From: an uncultured Verrucomicrobiae bacterium
GTDB taxonomy: Bacteria; Verrucomicrobiota; Verrucomicrobiia; Chthoniobacterales; Chthoniobacteraceae
Assembly (NCBI GenBank): GCA_963828525.1
Contig: CAWHEP010000009.1
Location: 192,001 to 256,000, forward strand
Reading direction: 5' to 3'
DNA length: 64,000 bases
The notes below the pieces were generated by a model. It saw only the letters and a list, made by a program, of their open reading frames with translations. It was not told the origin of the DNA and did no database searches. Positions 59,720-64,000 of this stretch are shown in pieces. The stretch's first letter is position 1. Each line of letters opens with the position of its first letter. Position numbers and translations under genes: made by a program.

Positions 59720-61921
59720 TCAGCGATTGTTTTTGCTCGCGGCTAATTCGACGGCGCCTCTGACGAACTCCGGCTCTTCCGATATATCAAGATTAAATCC
59801 ACTCGACTCCGGGAAAACAGCTGTCTCGTTCCCCATGAGATCGATCAGTGTGGCCTTGCTTCCTACCGTCTTCATCGGGATCTGTTTTTTCCCAGAAGAG
59901 GTCCAGGCCGCAAGGACATTCCCCGATTCGGTCGAGAACTCGTACAGATAAGCCTGGTCTCCAGCCGACAGGGCGCGGACAAAGCGCGCTTTGCGTAACA
60001 AGCGCGACATCGTGTTATAAGCAACGAAATCGGCTTTAGGAGCGCCGTTGGGAAGAATCTCGCCAAGCAGGTAATCCCAGTGGGTGGAACCCGCTTCTCC
60101 GCGATCCTGGAAGTTATATTTGAAGATTCTCTGAACATACGGGAGAGCGAGAGCGAGCAGGAAAGCGCGGGTATTCTGCGACGCAATCTGGTCAGAAGAG
60201 AGACCCCGATCCTGTGGAATGCATGCCATCTCGGTCAGCCAGACCTTAAGGTGGCCGCAGTGATCTCTGTCCAAGACCGTTTTCAGGTTCTCAAGGCGTC
60301 CAAGGAAAGTGTGTCCCGGATTCGGCAAACCCATTCCCGCGACCATGTTTGGCTTGGCGCTGGGAAGCTCTGGGGCAACGGTCTGGTAGAGATGCACAGA
60401 TATCGCATCCATGTATTTGGCCGCGCCAGAATCAAGCAGCTGGCTGAGGTATTTCAGATCGGCGCCCGCGCACACCCCGCCAACAATCATGGCATGCGGA
60501 TCGACAGCCTTAATGCCCGCAGACCCTGCCTTAAGGAGGGCCTCATACTCCGCCGGGTCGGGTTTTCTGCCGGGCCATCCCGGAGCGATGTTGGGCTCAT
60601 TCCAAATCTCCCATGAGTGGACACTGGAGCCCCAACTGCGAGCAGCCGCGGAAGCGAACCGCCCGAACGAACCAAGGGCCTGGATGCTGTGCGGAGCTTG
60701 CCTGTCATCATACGCCTGGTTAACTCCGTTTATATTAACGAGAAGCTGGAGATGCCGATTCGCCGCAGGCTCCACATAGAAGTAAGGATTCGTGGAGTCC
60801 ATTGGGATGGAAGGCTCCCCTCCTGGCTTTTCGGCCCAAAAGATTTCGTCCCGAATCCAACTCGCGCCCATCTTTCTGACCAGATCGAGGGCGCCCCCTG
60901 CTCCCCCAAGGGTCTGGTGTTTGCCGGAGGGCCCTTCCGCAAAATGCATCTGCACGCCAAAAGGGCTTTCAGGCCAAGGCTCGGCAGCCTCCGCCACCCA
61001 GGCGAAAGGCGCGCGCACTTTCTTCGTAGCGGTATCGGCTGCAAGGAAAAATACGCCATAGGCGGGAGGCGTGATGTCGATCTCGGCGCGGAACGGTGTT
61101 CCAGCCCGCGCGACGGTGGCGCTCTTGAAAATCTCGCGGAGCGGCTTTCCGTGATAATCCAACAAGTTTATCGACGGAATGTCGAACGACCCAGAACTTC
61201 CCGAGACAACCAGGGTTGCTGTGGCAGGGGCGTCACTTTTACCCCAGTAGTACATCGGCTTTCTCGGAAGTTCGAAGGATATGTCCGGCTCCTGCTTCGG
61301 TTCAATGGCCACGCCAGAAGTTGCGCGCGCCGTGACGGCGGAGAGCGACAGACTGCCGTGCTTTGAAGCATCGACAACAGAATCCCGCTCCACCAGGAAA
61401 GAGATCGACAATGCCGGGCCATGCCAAATGCCGTCGTCGGCTCCGAACCAGTGCTGGGGAGAAGCCAGATTCGTCACGACGAATTTGTTCCAGCCTCTGC
61501 GGGAGGTCAGCGCGAAACGCTGTTGATGCATCTGTCCTGTCGAATCAATGATCCGGACGCCGAACTGTTTGAGATTATCCGCCTTCAGCCAAAAAGAAAA
61601 CTGCTTCACGTCCAGCGGCGCGGACAGCCGCCTGTCCACAGAGACATACTTGCCACCGCCGATGAAGTCCGCCGTCAGAACCAGGGAAGGATCGCGCGAG
61701 GGCGCGTCCTCATTCCGTTCTTCCAGGATCCCGCGAGCTCCCGCGAATTCCTTTCCGAGGTTCAACTTCCACCCTTCCGCGCCTTGCGCGGATGAGCCGA
61801 GCGCGATCTCAGACGTTTGCGCAAATAGGGGGGCGAAAGCACAGGCCAGCGCGATAAACGTGCCTATGGCGGCGAGACGAACAGACAACCCGATACCGCA
61901 TGAAAAGCGCGCTCTCGTCAT
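59720..61921 (-). CDS. Exported clan GH-A (GH39/GH5-like) glycoside hydrolase with N-terminal CBM-like domain
   Basis: Signal peptide, SPFGVQMHF, WIRDE, WEIWNEPN (acid/base), SVHLY, VWLTEM (nucleophile). Confidence 0.82.
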   Translation of the reverse strand: MTRARFSCGIGLSVRLAAIGTFIALACAFAPLFAQTSEIALGSSAQGAEGWKLNLGKEFAGARGILEERNEDAPSRDPSLVLTADFIGGGKYVSVDRRLSAPLDVKQFSFWLKADNLKQFGVRIIDSTGQMHQQRFALTSRRGWNKFVVTNLASPQHWFGADDGIWHGPALSISFLVERDSVVDASKHGSLSLSAVTARATSGVAIEPKQEPDISFELPRKPMYYWGKSDAPATATLVVSGSSGSFDIPSINLLDYHGKPLREIFKSATVARAGTPFRAEIDITPPAYGVFFLAADTATKKVRAPFAWVAEAAEPWPESPFGVQMHFAEGPSGKHQTLGGAGGALDLVRKMGASWIRDEIFWAEKPGGEPSIPMDSTNPYFYVEPAANRHLQLLVNINGVNQAYDDRQAPHSIQALGSFGRFASAAARSWGSSVHSWEIWNEPNIAPGWPGRKPDPAEYEALLKAGSAGIKAVDPHAMIVGGVCAGADLKYLSQLLDSGAAKYMDAISVHLYQTVAPELPSAKPNMVAGMGLPNPGHTFLGRLENLKTVLDRDHCGHLKVWLTEMACIPQDRGLSSDQIASQNTRAFLLALALPYVQRIFKYNFQDRGEAGSTHWDYLLGEILPNGAPKADFVAYNTMSRLLRKARFVRALSAGDQAYLYEFSTESGNVLAAWTSSGKKQIPMKTVGSKATLIDLMGNETAVFPESSGFNLDISEEPEFVRGAVELAASKNNR

Positions 61922-63057
61922 AGGAGGGCCCGATTCGGGACATTGGCGTCCATGCCTAGCGCATTGAGAAACCGCGCCGCTGTCGCGACGGGGCTATAAT
62001 TCTCGCGCGCCCATTCTCTTCCAGATACTGAAATGTTTTCCAGCAACATCGGCTCGGCACTGATTCGTTCGACAGCGTCATCAACATGATCGAGGTCAAT
62101 GCCGATGTAATGCTTCCAATTTTGGGGCATCACCGGCATGCGGGCTCCATATTTGTCGAAATCGACATGAAACGTTACGCAGCCAGCGGAGAGAGCCTCC
62201 CAGAATCTCCAACTGTCCCACTGCAAAACTTGTGTGGGACGCATACCAATGGCGCTTAACAGAGGATCGAGCCTGCGGGTCAATCGCTCTCCCCATTTCG
62301 CGGCGGCAGGGCCCGAGTCAAATAATGGAGGAACGAAAAAGCCCCCGAAAGCAGCGCACGCGACCAATTGTTTTAGCGTCTGATAGTACGATGGGTAATG
62401 CCGCCGGCCCGTTTGACGCCACTGCAGATGATCATCAGCTCCTTGGGGGATCGCGCCGAAAGCGTCGGCTTTTTCATCCAGCGGCAACAATGCCCTGAAT
62501 CGTTGTTGAAGTTCGAGCTTTGCCACGTCTCGAACGGCATGATGCACACGGAAATTAAACAACATCGCCCTGCGGCGCTCGCGGAACGGCGGAATGCGCT
62601 CAGTCTGCTCCATTATGCGATTTGACAGGCCAAACGGCCACGGCCTGCAGTTGGACGGATAGGGCCAATCCTTGTTGTAGTGAGCTTTGAAAATGATATC
62701 GAACTGGCGCATCTCGGGCCGCCAACTATCCGTAAACGACCCATCAAGGTGATCAACAAAGACGGTTCGATATGTTCTTCCGGTTTTGAAAAGCTCCCGT
62801 GGCAGCGTGTCATTATGCTCAAGCCACTCTTGATTCAGAACAATAATGGAACAGTCGCCGGGAGAGACTGAGGGGTCATGATTGAAGAGGTGCTGATCGC
62901 TGCTCGCCGAAAGCCTCCAATAGTCGGTATTGGAAAAAAAGGGGATGCCCAAAGCTCGGAGGCCCTCCGCCAGGCAGACAGCGCAATGCTGAAATGCCGA
63001 ATTTTCCGGCGGACCGGCAGGAACGCAATAGAAGTAGACGCTGCAAGGATCAGCCAT
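61918..63057 (-). CDS. Putative glycosyltransferase-related protein
   Basis: QWDSWRFWEALSAGC, NWKHYI, GREWARENYSP GT-B-like C-terminus; overlaps both neighbours in the polysaccharide operon. Confidence 0.6.
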   Translation of the reverse strand: MADPCSVYFYCVPAGPPENSAFQHCAVCLAEGLRALGIPFFSNTDYWRLSASSDQHLFNHDPSVSPGDCSIIVLNQEWLEHNDTLPRELFKTGRTYRTVFVDHLDGSFTDSWRPEMRQFDIIFKAHYNKDWPYPSNCRPWPFGLSNRIMEQTERIPPFRERRRAMLFNFRVHHAVRDVAKLELQQRFRALLPLDEKADAFGAIPQGADDHLQWRQTGRRHYPSYYQTLKQLVACAAFGGFFVPPLFDSGPAAAKWGERLTRRLDPLLSAIGMRPTQVLQWDSWRFWEALSAGCVTFHVDFDKYGARMPVMPQNWKHYIGIDLDHVDDAVERISAEPMLLENISVSGREWARENYSPVATAARFLNALGMDANVPNRALL

Positions 63058-64000
63058 TTGCAAAAGAGGCGCGGGGATCAATGACCTCACTGGTCGAGAC
63101 ATTGGTCAAACTGCTGTAAAGGGCCTCGGTTCGGCGGACAGTGTTTTCAAGAGTGAAGTGCTGAAGAACATGTTCCCTTCCGCGTCTTCCCATTGTCCTC
63201 CGCAGCAACGGATCGGTGATGAGAGAAGAAAGCGCATTGCAGATCTGCTCCTTATCCGGATCGCACAGGAGACCCGTTGTACCGTCCTGCACGAGATCTA
63301 CCAGACCTGACACCCGCGTGGCCACAACCGGGAGTTCCATCGCCATCGCGTCAGCGACTACATATCCGAAAGACTCGTATTGTGAAAGAAGGCAGAAAAT
63401 GTCCGCTTCCGCGATTCGGTCCTCCGCATCGCTGACCCAGCCTGTGACTTCAACCTTTTCAGCACCCGGTTCCTCTTTGATGAACCGCCTCACCTCTTCC
63501 GCTTCTTGGTCTGTATCGAACGAGCCGATCCATTGAAAGCGAACCTCTGGATGCCTGGCCATCACCTCGATGGCAGTCTTGAAAAACAGCAAACCATTCT
63601 TTTGCTGCGATATCCTGCCACAGGTGGCGATCAGAATGGAGGCGCCCTGTCGCGCGGCGCGATCCGGGTAGCGGTATTCTGATCTGATATTTAGAGGTAT
63701 CCCCGCGATTCTTTTCTGGGGAACGATCCGCCAGCGAAGAAAATCCGCTGCCTCGCTGGGAGAAGCGGCGACGAGGCAGTCCGTCAGATACCCAGCCACT
63801 TTTTCGATAAACCAGTAGAGGCGGGAATAAATACAGGCCATCGCATTAGGGGTGTAAACGGTGCGAGCGTGACTGGGCACAAGACGTGCCGCTGTCCTCG
63901 CGATGAAACCCGCTTTGGAGCTATGACCATGCACAATGGCAGGCTTGAAGTCGAGTATGATCCGACAAACCTTAAGCAGCGCGCTAAAATCCTGCCATGG
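63050..64000 (-). CDS. GT4 glycosyltransferase, 5-prime end outside the window
   Basis: VHGHSSKAG, GRISQQK, ADIFCLLSQYESFGYVVADAMA, PVVATRVSG, DGTTG. Confidence 0.9.
   Translation of the reverse strand, partial: PWQDFSALLKVCRIILDFKPAIVHGHSSKAGFIARTAARLVPSHARTVYTPNAMACIYSRLYWFIEKVAGYLTDCLVAASPSEAADFLRWRIVPQKRIAGIPLNIRSEYRYPDRAARQGASILIATCGRISQQKNGLLFFKTAIEVMARHPEVRFQWIGSFDTDQEAEEVRRFIKEEPGAEKVEVTGWVSDAEDRIAEADIFCLLSQYESFGYVVADAMAMELPVVATRVSGLVDLVQDGTTGLLCDPDKEQICNALSSLITDPLLRRTMGRRGREHVLQHFTLENTVRRTEALYSSLTNVSTSEVIDPRASFANG

Noticed and set aside
1..64000. Numerous long antisense and alternative-frame ORFs in the track; rRNA and tRNA genes
   Set aside because: Shadow ORFs are expected in GC-rich coding DNA and lack motifs; no tRNA cloverleaf or rRNA signature was recognised by eye

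Overview
GC-rich bacterial chromosomal window. Gene content suggests Verrucomicrobiota, possibly Chthoniobacterales-like (inference). 1-47 kb is mostly housekeeping and envelope genes: gdhA, two PilT-family ATPases, two IscA/ErpA proteins, serA, pepA, dusB, a Ser/Thr kinase, alpha-2-macroglobulin with pbpC, an O-antigen-ligase-like protein, a STAS-SpoIIE-grpE-dnaJ-rsmE operon, a fused metallo-beta-lactamase nuclease/ATP-dependent DNA ligase, a frameshift-riddled hpnI/hpnA/hpnK trio, glgP and marR-tolC-pgeF. At 47.1-51.5 kb lies a ubiquitin-like (UBact) proteasome locus: 20S alpha and beta subunits, a 58-aa UBact ORF ending RTGQ that the ORF track misses, and a PafA-family ligase, interleaved with cell-wall genes. 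At 51.5-56.1 kb is a collapsed conjugative element: MOBF relaxase stub, oriT-like DNA, coupling-protein tail, an intact AbiE toxin-antitoxin pair, an AAA+ ATPase and a pilin stub. The window ends in a polysaccharide locus with two tandem clan GH-A hydrolase paralogues, one of which has lost its catalytic nucleophile. Many single-base frameshifts, several in homopolymers, suggest assembly indel errors. No rRNA, tRNA or CRISPR array was seen. All family calls come from motif recognition, not database searches.
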